A stretch of DNA of 63,995 nucleotides, counting the filler, from Lenisia limosa (Eukaryota > Protista > Breviatea), in assembly GCA_001655205.1 (NCBI GenBank). It is 12 parts of 12 records of this genome, joined end to end, with 100 filler letters (N's around TTAATTAATTAA, not from the genome) between each part and the next. Parts side by side here need not be neighbours in the genome. Positions count along the whole stretch, not along the records: positions 48,988 to 51,674 come from LPNZ01006436.1; positions 51,775 to 53,971 come from LPNZ01000482.1; positions 54,072 to 58,902 come from LPNZ01007766.1; positions 59,003 to 60,229 come from LPNZ01002049.1; 8 more parts are not named here. One strand, 5' to 3'. Below, piece by piece: positions 49,031 through 60,033 of this stretch. The notes under the pieces were generated by a model. The model saw nothing but the letters and a program-made list of their open reading frames with translations. It was not told where the DNA came from and ran no database searches. The position numbers were made by a program, and so were the translations under genes. Positions within the stretch are counted from its first letter, which is position 1. Each line of letters starts with the position of its first letter.

Positions 49031-51674
49031 GCCATTCTCTATGACGACACTCCTGCGGCAATCCAAACAGCCATATCCCATTTGGTCTCGTCAGAGGCAA
49101 TTGTAAGCAGCTCTCTAACTACATTGTCTCATCAAGGTCAAGAACTGAAAATTGGTATTTTACATAGTCTAATCCGAGTTACATCAAAGCGATGGAATAA
49201 ATCAATATACTATTTAGAGGGGTCAAGATGCATTGATATTTTTCTTGTTTTTCAGGAAGCCTCGTTTTTTTCCCCACACTAGAGGGAAACGTTATGAATA
49301 TCGATATTCTCTCATACTGTTGCTGGTATAGTTTTGGAATTTCTTCATGGTTACACTCTTTAGGATGACGTCAACACTGCCATTGCCAACAACAAAACCG
49401 ACTTTATCTTCTGCGGTCCTAACGCGAATCGAGATGGCTTTACCCTGGTTAGAGGGGTTGATGAAAGGAGTTCTCTTAATTTTTCTTTGCTATTATTTCT
49501 ACTTTTTTGATGAGTTGAGCCACGGCGATTTTGAATTCATTAGTTGTTAGGGGTTGGTTCCCTACGGTCCCAAAAAAGACCGAATCTCTCGATAAATCCT
49601 CGATAAATGTCGATATTTATACGGTCTATTTCGGACCGTAGGGAAACCCTATTAGTTGTCCATTCTCCAATATTCATATTTATTTCCCTGTCCCTAGGCG
49701 GCTGACGAGTGTTTACCTGAGGAAACGCTGACCACTTCCGTCAGCCTATTGGAGGCAGTTCTGGACACTTCTTTGGTGGGGGTGGGGATTTCGTTGGAGA
49801 TTACCGGTGAGAGAGAAAAAAAAAAGGAGGGGTGATAACAGGAAATTACGATAAAGAGTATTAGAAGAGGGGAAGATGATAATTAATCTTGACTCCAAAG
49901 TGTTCTCATTTTCCAAGACTAAACCTTTATGATTTAAATACCACCAAAGCTGACCCCTTAGATCAAGGGATTTTCACTGGAGTCAAACTGTACCGTGCAT
50001 CTCTCGGAAACAGGGGCCTTGGAAATGACAGGTGAATGGCGATACCCCCATGTCTTCATAAATACCAGTATCAAAAACTGTGTTATCATACATACTTACT
50101 ATGCATATAATATGTACTAGCATATCATATCATATCTTAGGATAAATATGCTTGTCTCGTAGGTGTCCTCAATGAGGATTCCACACAGAGTCTCACATCT
50201 GTAGTGATAAACACTAACTGAACCAATAACTCTTAAAACTTATTGTATTCCCCCACTGCTGTAGAATATTGTGCTCACAGAGTTGACTTTGTGACTTTTT
50301 TTTAGATCAAAAAATTACATTGCTCCCTTTTTTAATATCCCTGACCCCCCAGCAATCACTTTCTCTTGTACCGCGACCGCCTCCATCACCTCCACCGCGT
50401 CTTTTACCATCAACATGCCGAGCCGGATTGTAATGAGCCGAGTCGAGCCGATTGTGGTCGCGTCCGGTATTGACGGCTCCGTTACGGTTGCTGCTTCTGG
50501 CCAAACCTTGACAATTGACAGGGATGCGAGTAGGGGGGGGGGGCAGCTCTGGTTCATATAATTACACAAATATATATCATATCCATTTTGAGATCTCTCC
50601 CTATAAATATTTATTCTATATAACTTCAGAAACATAAAAGAGATGATAATAAGTCATACTCGTAGTATGTAATGACTAACACAGCTTCCATTAAAATTGA
50701 TTCACACAGATTCCTTAAACTAATTCGCCTTCTAGACGGACATGACATCAGCGGACCCTTCCTCCTGACGGTTTCAAACGTCTACTTGTCTCCATATGCT
50801 GGCAAACTTGGTAGGGTGGAATGCGTGGGAGACTCAGAAGAAAGTTGTATGCATAGAGTATGCTCTGTTCTTTCATAAATTTTCCAATTTTACCCCCCCC
50901 CCCNNNNNNNNNNNNNNNNNNNNNNNNNNNNNNNNNNNNNNNNNNNNNNNNNNNNNNNNNNNNNNNNNNNNNNNNNNNGCTCATGGTTATGCTACCTCGG
51001 ATATTACCATCGTTTGCATGGGTGAATCAAAGAATTATCACCCGTTTTGCTCGGAATTCTGTGGCAAATGGCTAAACATGTCCCCATAGCATATTTGGTA
51101 TTTTTTTTTTCGCAAACCTGCTTTTTTACCTGTTCTGCTTTTTTACCGTCATAGTCTGCTGTGGTGCCGGAAACGTTTACTGCCATCACCTCGGTGGGGG
51201 TATTAGTTGATATTGGTGATGGGATTGGAGGTCAAACGAAGGACATTTTCATGAATAATATTGGCCATACGGTTTTTTCTGAACAAGAAAAAAACAAACA
51301 GCAGTACTCCCCACATAATTCATTGCCAACCTACAACTCCAAATGAACTTCAACCCACAATTTCAGACAACCTCGTCAGACGTAACGGATGTGGAGTGGA
51401 AGCTGCAGACCTTCATGCCCTATGTGCCGCAGCTGGTGGAGGTTCAGATCGTATATCCCGTGGGGGGGTAGAGAATATATCATTTATATATCTTGTGGCT
51501 GGGTTGGAAGTGCAGATGATTATCTTATGATCATCTTGTATTGTGATCATCTTTTCTTATTCTCTTGTCTATCCTCATCTGATATCTGTAGACAGGTTCT
51601 CATGGAGTTAATACGTACGCGAGCCGTCTGAGTACCTTTACTGCGGGCGAAGTGTCTACTACCGCTGATACGTG
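49031..51674 (+). CDS. Internal fragment of a large S/T/V-rich, beta-strand-rich extracellular protein (~12 exons)
   Basis: Consecutive GT-AG exons, e.g. AILYDDTPAAIQTAI, DDVNTAIANNKTDFIFCGP, ITFSCTATASITSTASFTINMPSRIV.. and TTSSDVTDVEWKLQTFMP. Family not recognised. Confidence 0.7.
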
Positions 51675-52109
51675 NNNNNNNNNNNNNNNNNNNNNNNNNN
51701 NNNNNNNNNNNNNNNNNNTTAATTAATTAANNNNNNNNNNNNNNNNNNNNNNNNNNNNNNNNNNNNNNNNNNNNTGTATCCAATCTAAAAGGATTAAAAG
51801 GCAATAATAATCATGAACCAACCTTTTTCGATTGCTTGAACGCATCTTTTGCCTTGTTCACAGATAAACCCATTTTGAGAGGGAAACCACGAAAAATATA
51901 CATAAAAGGGGACTTCCAATCATTAAAAAGCAAAGAATAATAATTATTTTTTAAAATATAGGGTTTATAGGGTTTAGCCGGTCCTGCATATGTAAATATG
52001 ATTGTTAGCTACTTTCACCAGTTGCTCACTTCTCTAGCTCCAAACAGTTCATTTGAAGGTGATTCGTTTAAAAAGTTGGTGGACTCCCCCCACTCTTCAG
52101 GATTTATTA

Positions 52110-52307
52110 GGTAGTGATGAAATTGAAGATGCTGCTGAGGAGGTGGAGGAAGTGGACTTGGATGAGGCTGAAGCCCTTCAGGTCGAGGCAAGCTTGCGCG
52201 ACCACAGCCAAACAAGCACGCTATCGAATCACGGCTATGTTGAGGATATTGATGGCAGCAAGTCTTCCGAGTTCAGTTTGGAGGACGATGATGACGACTT
52301 GTTCTAA
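52110..52307 (+). CDS. Acidic terminal exon of an unidentified gene
   Basis: TTAG acceptor, then SDEIEDAAEEVEEVDLDEAE...LEDDDDDLF-stop. Confidence 0.6.
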   Translation, partial: GSDEIEDAAEEVEEVDLDEAEALQVEASLRDHSQTSTLSNHGYVEDIDGSKSSEFSLEDDDDDLF

Positions 52308-52671
52308 TGGGTTTGATGGTTTTATGTGCATTTCTTGGCTTAAATTAAGATGTTTCACTTCCTTGAAAGTGTTTTGAACAAAATGCAATGGTCTTGTCCC
52401 ATATACAACTCCAAGCACACAGATTCCTTATTTTTTGAAAACATGTCAATAAGAAAGGTCAATTTTTTTTCATTAGTTTCAAAAAAATAACACTACCTAA
52501 TATAATATGATATGATATGTATACTCAATGTTGGCTGAAGATAGCCAACATGGAGCGATAATAAGAAACGATACTCTATGATTAAACATACAAATATATC
52601 GCTACATTTAAATATAACAAATGAAAACAAATGCTCACAACTTTCCCTTTAAAGTACACCATACTCCTCAC

Positions 52672-52881
52672 CTGTCTGGGCTGAAGTTTCAATAAAAAGG
52701 GTTTTTAGTTCAATTGCCCTTTGTTGGCCCTCTTCAACGCTTACTTGCCAACGTAAATTAGAAGCAGAAAACCTTTGATTTAGGTCATTCTTGTTGCCAA
52801 CAATAATAATACAAATATTTGAATCTCTTTCTGCACGTATTTCATCAATCCAACGCTTCAAACTTAGAAAAGACTCACGGC
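52672..52881 (-). CDS. Rab6-like small GTPase, G4/G5 region only
   Basis: RESFLSLKRWIDEIRAERDSNICIIIVGNKNDL..QVSVEEGQQRAIELKTLFIETSAQTG matches the Rab6 pattern (W..dvr.ERg.dv.i.lVGNK.DL; FIETSAK). P-loop and switch exons were not found in this contig. Confidence 0.65.
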
Positions 52882-53140
52882 CTAATATTTACTTAGTCCC
52901 AAAAGAGAGGTCGTTAACAGTTTTCCATTTCCTCAAATATTCAATATTTGGAAGTACTTCGACCCTCAAAAATAAATACCCTGACCGGTGATAGATCAAT
53001 ACCGCAGTCGGAAAAAAACAACACACATACCTCTCATATGTATTCAATATGATATGATATATAGTATCATATTATGTATTGTTTCAACAAGAAAAACGGA
53101 CTTTGCGGCTTGGATAAATTACGTAATGAATCTGGCCATG

Positions 53141-53900
53141 CTTTAAGATGGTTCAGTCCTTTTTTTTGATTTTTGGAAAATAGTAATGAAAGTGTGGTAA
53201 GTAATTACAATGAGCCTCCAGGAAAATTCCGCAGGGTAGTAAATTCCGCAGGGTAGTTTTTCGCCCTGACATGGAAATTCTGAAAATGGGTGAAAACTGC
53301 CTAACCAAGGCCATATGCGGCAAATACTGCAATATATCGACAATGAGTAGGTGCTGGTTTTGGGTAGTTTGAAATAGCTTCGGGTAGAAAAACGTAAAAA
53401 TGCCCATTTTCCCGACTTGCGAGGTTGTTCCAATTTAAGATGTTTTTCAGCTTCCCCTTTTTTTTCACCTATTTTGGGGTTTAAACACGATATTTGAGGG
53501 ATTTGAATATTTATGTGCAAACGAAAAATTTCCCTGCCCACACTTTCATTACTATTTTTTCCAAAATCAAAAAAAGGACTGAAGGACCTAAGGACCTCAT
53601 TTAAAAACGCTACCCGAATTACCAGTTCCCCCATTGCTAAGGGAATTTGAACACTTTACCACATTTTACAAAACCACAATTATTATGGTGGATCGTCCTT
53701 TTTTGTATTTCACAAAAAAGAAAAAAATTGGTAAGTAATTAAAATGACCCATCGGGATAATTTCTCGGGTTAGTATTCAAATAAAATAAACATGAAAATC
53801 TTAAAAATGGGTAAAAAAAATGGTCTGGAATATGACTAACCGAGGCTAAAATTGCAATATATCATATGCTGCTCCGCATAAACCTTGTGATTAATTAAAA
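53141..53900. mobile_element. Nest of TE-derived sequence: ~45-bp inverted repeats (53152-53197 / 53538-53584) plus a diverged direct repeat (~53195-53345 vs ~53725-53870)
   Basis: TTCAGTCCTTTTTTTGATTTTTGGAAAATAGTAATGAAAGTGTGG and its reverse complement. GGTAAGTAATTA..AAAATGGGT..CTAACC.AGGC..TGCAATATATC is shared by the two direct copies. Confidence 0.65.
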
Positions 53901-54099
53901 ACCTTCTGATTAATTAATATTTTCAAAATTTGCTTCTTTTTATTTACTTAAACCTCTTTGTTGTCCTTCTGNNNNNNNNNNNNNNNNNNNNNNNNNNNNN
54001 NNNNNNNNNNNNNNNTTAATTAATTAANNNNNNNNNNNNNNNNNNNNNNNNNNNNNNNNNNNNNNNNNNNNCCCTCCCCCACATTCATCGGTTACTATC

Positions 54100-57013
54100 C
54101 CCTCACATTCATCTTCTCAGTTCTCTTGTTCAGCGTATTGATAGCCTTGCTGTCATTGCCTGGAGAATGGTTAGGTTGGTTCATGGTGTCCCTATGTACT
54201 AATTTATTCGTAGATTATATCGAATGAATGTATCCGTTCCAGACAAATAATGGAATTAATGGACTAATCATCAAGATATATCGACATTTGCCAATATTTT
54301 TCGGACCAGAGTGAAACCCTCCTTGTGACCAAAAAAGAAAAGTTGTTTTGGTCCTGAGTTTCTAGGCAACTACTGGGTCACAAAACCCGTGAAAAATTCG
54401 TAAACTGATCAACCGTCCTCCCCAATTCCCTACGGATATACTGGCCCATAATGCCTCCCTTCTGCTCCTTCTTTGTTAAGCGGCTGGAGTAGTAGTCTTT
54501 CGCATCAGTTTGGATCGTACCAACCTGGGGGAGTAAAAGAAACAAAAAAAAAGTGCCCACAATCCACTCTGTTGGCTAGGGGGAGTAAAACGAAGGAATT
54601 TTCGATGAAGAATATTGAAAAAAAATGGAAATTTATTCTCTCTCTTTTGCCTATTGATTCAAAAACAGTATTTTACCCCCAACAGAGCTGATTTGGGGTT
54701 TTTTTTATTCATAAATTTTCCAATTTTACCCCCCCTCCCACATTAATTACATTCTACCCTCCACCCCAAAGACCTATCATTAATTATTTAAATTTTCCAA
54801 TTTTACTCCCCCCTCAGACAGAGAAGTATTTGCCGATATTTTGGCCTCCACGTTTGACGAAGCGCTTCTGATCCAAATAGCGACTGAAAGGATGATTATC
54901 ATAGTATATGATCTAGTAGTAGGAATTCAAACGGTCCCAAAAATGACTGAATTTCTCGATAAATCCTCGAGTAATATCGATATGTCACCGGTCTTTTTCG
55001 GACCGTAGCGAATCCCTAATCATGCATGTGTGGAAAATGATGGTTCACGTGTAAAACGACAAATGACCCAAAAGTGACATTATGTTAATGGAGGGGGGGG
55101 GGGGNNNNNNNNNNNNNNNNNNNNNNNNNNNNNNNNNNNNNNNNNNNNNNNNNNNNNNNNNNNNNNNNNNNNNNNNNNNNNNNNNNNNNNNNNNNNNNNN
55201 NNNNNNNNNNNNNNNNNNNNNNNNNNNNNNNNNNNNNNNNNNNNNNNNNNNNNNNNNNNNNNNNNNNNNNNNNNNNNNNNNNNNNNGCCCAAAATCTTGA
55301 ATATGGAGGGGGGGGATAATACTTTTATTGGTCAATTGGGGTGAAGGAGGAATAATGAGCGTAAGTAAAGACAACGGGGAAACTTTGAAACAGCAAACAG
55401 GGGCAAGCTTTAGTATAGGCAACTTCCAGTTACGGGAAGCTTGTTAGATAATGTTAAGAGTTCCCGTGGTACCTCATCTCAATTGCCTTGAGGTCTCTTT
55501 CCATTTCTGACGTCATTTCGGGGGCCGTCATCTTGAACCTGGGGGGGGGGGGNNNNNNNNNNNNNNNNNNNNNNNNNNNNNNNNNNNNNNNNNNNNNNNN
55601 NNNNNNNNNNNNNNNNNNNNNNNNNNNNNNNNNNNNNNNNNNNNNNNAAACCCCCCAAAAAATCAAGTTCTTTTCTCCACAACAACAACATGATTCAATT
55701 AAGAACTCTGTTGGCTTAAAAAAGGGAAATATTTGCGAGAAATGGTGAAAATAGAGAAAGGTTGATTGACCCATGCCCCTCCCACTCCCAGGTTCCAAAT
55801 TAATGTCCTTATCCCCCCATCTCCACCCCAGGTTATGTCCTCGATCTTACCATCTGTTATCCAGTCGATCAACTGTGTCCTAAAATAATTAAGTAAAGAT
55901 GAGAAATAAAAATAAGGTTGTATCTGGACGAAGCCGTCCACATCATCACGCTAATAAGAGATATTGGATTATACAATATTAATTCACCCAATCATTTGAC
56001 TTACAATTCTATGCACACAGCTTCCTGCGTGCCTCCCCAGCATATGAAAAAGAAAAAACCGAATAAAACAATAATCAAAGAGAATAAAACAAACTAATCA
56101 TAATCTCCCCNNNNNNNNNNNNNNNNNNNNNNNNNNNNNNNNNNNNNNNNNNNNNNNNNNNNNNNNNNNNNNNNNNNNNNNNNNNNNNNNNNNNNNNNNN
56201 NNNNNCAACAAGCTCTGGAAGATTCAATTCCATATCCCTAAAGTGTAAGTAGTTGTAATCCATCTCCCAAAACATATAAGTGGTAGGGCTTCTTTGGTGA
56301 CAAAAAAAGAGGTGTCTTTTTGGACCTGAGTAAGGCCCTAGTAAGTATTTATCAATTTCATATCCATAAACATTAATCAATCCCTTATCCATAGTTATCA
56401 TGAGATTCTAAAAAAACCTAACTTTTGATATTCACAACAAGGCCGAAACAGCAGAATAAGCATATCGATATTATATGTATATCACGAGGGTTTACAACGG
56501 TCCAAAAAAGAATGGTTACAATATCCATGTTTATCAGGGCTTCATTTTGATCCGAAAAAGAACAGTAAAATATCGAAGACGCAAAAAAGCTGGGAGAAGC
56601 ACATGCAAGCATACAAAGACAGACAGAAAAGAGACTGAACAGTATCAAAACCAAAAGAAATCCAAGATCAAACACAACAGGAACTGAAAGTTAAGCCCCG
56701 CGAAGCATGCAAAAACCATGCGTACTTTTTGTAATTCTCGCTCTGCTGGAGAACAGGACCTGATTTCTTCTCGAGATATTCATCCCGTTGTTGATTTCTG
56801 GAGATCGTGTGAGCATGAAGATAGCGTTGGTGAATCCGTGTTTCAAGTTCCAATTATGGCTATTAAACCTGATTCCAGCCAAGCAAACTTGATGCGCTTC
56901 ATGGTTGAATCAAACTTATCGTCAAGAGACGACAATAATGCCGCCACGTCTTTTGCCTCACTCTTATGCTTCTCTTCGCTGATTTCACCAGCAAAGGACT
57001 GGTGAAAGGACAT
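54100..57013 (-). CDS. FCF2: FCF2/DNTTIP2-like pre-rRNA processing protein
   Basis: Spliced DNRW|FKMTAPEMTSEMERDLKAIEMR|RYLDQKRFVKRGGQNIGKYFS|VGTIQTDAKDYYSSRLTKKEQK is the Fcf2 domain (WF.M...T.E...DL..l..R...DpKRFyK; YFqvGT; fyssRLtKKe). ATG at 57013 (MSFHQSFAGE). Confidence 0.88.
54525..54819 (-). mobile_element. Type example of a putative Introner-like element occupying a whole FCF2 intron
   Basis: The intron begins GT-CTGAGGGGGGAGTAAAATTGGAAAATTT and ends CCTTCGTTTTACTCCCCTAG..TTTTACTCCCCCAG, so its ends are inverted repeats. The internal pair CTCTGTTGG/CCAACAGAG is also inverted. Homologous ends occur at splice sites of at least 7 other genes. Confidence 0.6.
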
Positions 57014-57669
57014 ATTGAAGGTTTAGTTTGTTGGTAAATGAAAAGAAATTCAGCCAGATGAATGAAAAGAGAAACAGGACTGCTATTAATTTAACGTTCC
57101 TAAATAGTACTAAATTTACGTCAAGAAAGAGGGAAACCCGTCTCCAAAAACAAAACAAAGCAGTCCTATTTACGAATTTAGTCTCTTTGGCTGGTTTAGT
57201 TGCTCCCTACTTTGAAACAATACGTTAATATCTTTCCTAAATTATAATATTAATGTAATTTAAATTGCTGTAATCATGATATCTCCTTTTACTATTCTCC
57301 CCCCAGAGAATGTTCGGGAATGATTTGGCTCGGAAGACTTTTGTTCTGGATTGATTGAGATTGTTCCTTTTAAATAGGATCAAAATGGAACTTACCTTCA
57401 AATATTTCAAGACTAATCTACATTTTTCTACAAGTAACCAGACTTCACTAGGCTATTCGTTAGTTTTATCACTATGGGTGACATTGAAGACATAGCTCTC
57501 CCCGTTGAGCGCGGAAGTGGATGCGCTGAGACTGAAATTGCTAAGAAGACATATTCCCTTGCTACTGCTCCCGACCCAAGGTCTGTGTTTGAATGTCAGT
57601 CACTTTTGAAAGCCTCCGTCACTTTTCTCCTGCTTTGGTAATTTAATCTTTGACCCTTTTCTTATTATA

Positions 57670-58828
57670 GGCGAAAATACGCGATTTCACCCTCCTCAGA
57701 TGGAACCGCGTTACCGAGAAGGTCCAACTTTCAGAAAACATTGTCGAGCTCAAAATATTCCTCCCCGTCATTGCTGCTAGCTGCCTTGCCGGTCAGTTTG
57801 TTATTGTTCGTGTCCGTGAAGGAGCCGAGCGTATCCCCTTGACCATCGCCGACTACAAGTAAGCTCCAATCTCCTCCAAACCTTTTTTTTTTACATTCCT
57901 TTGCCGTCTTCTTTTGCTTATTTTCCTTCAGTCGTGAGGAAGGATGGTTTACCATGGTCATTCAGAAGATTGGCCGTTCATCAGAGCTTATTTGCGGTGT
58001 CAAGGTTGGTTGGGTTTCCCCTTTTTTCTTCGGATATTAAACTTCTTCAAGCATATCGACCTGTCTCACACGCATGTCATCATAACATCATTGCTCCTAT
58101 TGTAATACGTTTGTGATCTTGCTTAGCAAGGCGAGGCTTTCCTTGATATTGCTGGTCCGCTCGGAGACTGCAGTGAAATCGAACTCTTCACCACCCCCGC
58201 ATCAGAGAAGGCTGGCCGTAAGGGTAAGCTGATTGTCATCTTTTGATTTTTTTTGTTTTGTTTCATCATCAGATGATGGGTGGTAATATTGTATCCTTTG
58301 ATGATGATTAGAGCTACTTCCTCTCGACATATCTTGAAATATCGACTATGTTCATAATCTTTTCGGACCGCTTGAAAGTACCACAAGTTAATAAATGATG
58401 AGCTTTTGGTAACAATATTCAGCTGTCGTGATTTGCGTCTCCGGCGGCGTCGGTGTCGCCCCTGTCCACCCCATCCAGGTTTGCGCACGTGCTTGCCCTT
58501 CTTTTCCATTTCCTTATATGTGCACTTGCTTGTGACATGATACTCATTGTTATCATATGTTTTTGTTCCAATAATTTCCATCGTTTTACCGCAAAAACAA
58601 GGCTAACCGCAGTGTTTTGGGTTCTTTGTTTTTCATATTTCCCTCGACAGAGTTGATTGAATTATTTCATGCAATTTTCCATAACAGAGTTGTTTCTTAT
58701 TGTGTCATACATTTTTCAATCTTCACCCCCCCCCCCTCAGCGTGCCCTCCATGAAGCCGGCAACCACGTCGTCTCTATCTGCGGTGCCCGTAACAAGGAA
58801 CTCGTGTTCTGGGAAGACAAAATGAAGG
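57670..58828 (+). CDS. NfnA/SudB-like FAD/NAD-binding subunit (ferredoxin-NADP+ reductase / PyrK superfamily), intron-containing, 3'-truncated; N-terminus unresolved (possible ATG at ~57386 or ~57475)
   Basis: Exons 57670-57858, 57932-58004, 58127-58217, 58423-58478 and 58741-58828 splice in consistent phase to NRVTEKVQLSENIVELKIFLPVIAASCLAGQFVIVRVREGAERIPLTIADYNREEGWFTMVIQKIGRSSELICGVKQGEAFLDIAGPLG..VICVSGGVGVAPVHPIQRALHEAGNHVVSICGARNKELVFWEDKMK. Confidence 0.9.
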
Positions 58829-59790
58829 GTGAGCAGCAGTTGCGTAGATTAGATATGAAGAACTCTTCTTCTTGTTTCTTGGTTTCTCTCATTGTTGGCT
58901 AGNNNNNNNNNNNNNNNNNNNNNNNNNNNNNNNNNNNNNNNNNNNNTTAATTAATTAANNNNNNNNNNNNNNNNNNNNNNNNNNNNNNNNNNNNNNNNNN
59001 NNCATATCATGACAAATATATCTAACTGATAAACATTTTGCAACTTTTTGGGTTGTTCCTATATTCAAAATCCCTTAAAAACCTCACAGCCTGACACTCA
59101 AATCTATGCCCTATAACATACTATCTTTGAAAACATAGTGTAGTATTCAATAAACAAAATCCCAAACATTTGCCAACATAGCATACTGCTAACATATTTT
59201 GCACCAAACTTCAAATGGAGACGTTAAAGCCAAACACACCAACCTGCACTGAAGGTATCATCGCTTCTGAGCTCTAGAGCAAAACAATGAACCAATAGCA
59301 GACACAGAAGCGTCAGGAGCCTCGTATTCACCATGATTGATGGCGAATGGAAGATGGGGAAAAGGGATCGCTAACAACAACTCAAATCTCAGCAGTGGTC
59401 CAAGATGATGATATAACTCTCTTTTCTGAAAACAAAGCGCAAGAAGGGGCGAAAAAAGGCCAAATTTTGACTAAAACAGTAAACTGGGTATCAACTGGGT
59501 GACTCTCTTGCCTTTTTCAGCGAAATTTCCCACCCCCTTCTTCCTCTCTCCATCTTAATTCAAAGAGAAAACCAAGGATATCATAGAGAGGCAGGGAAAA
59601 ACGTGAGAAAAAAGCTTCACTCCAGAGATCCACTCCCCTCACTTCCTAACCCCTCTCGGCAGACCCCTGGCAGTCAGCCTTCTTTGAATATAACACGGAT
59701 AGATCTCTTTAAAAGCCGGGTAAGTAGGATGAATTAGGTTATCATACTGACCTACTGACCTCGTCAAAGTTTGAGTTTTGCGTGGTGATA

Positions 59791-60033
59791 AATGTCCTTC
59801 TTCTCTCTTACTTATTTCATGTCCTTCTTCTCTCTTACTTATTTCATGTCTTTCTTCTCTCTTACTTATTATCAATGTCCTCGTTCTCTCTTACTTATTC
59901 AATGTCCTCCTTCTCTCTTACTTATTCAATGTCCTCGTTCTCTTTTACTTATTCAATGTCTCGTTCTCTCTTACTTATTCAATGTCCTCGTTCTCTGTTA
60001 CTTATTCAATGTCCTCCTTCTCTCTTACTTATT
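59791..60033 (+). repeat. 27-bp minisatellite, ~9 copies
   Basis: Unit (A)ATGTCCT(T/C)(C/G)TTCTCTCTTACTTATT(T/C). Confidence 0.92.

Noticed and set aside
54821-54887. Plus-strand pseudo-exon REVFADILASTFDEALL after a CCCCCTCAG acceptor-like site
   Set aside because: The minus strand encodes the FCF2 motif RYLDQKRFVK. The apparent acceptor is the mirror-image end of the intronic element.
57731-57961. Minus-strand ORF and minus-strand reading of 57480-57860
   Set aside because: It is antisense to the NfnA-like exon, which has clear family motifs and consistent splice phases.
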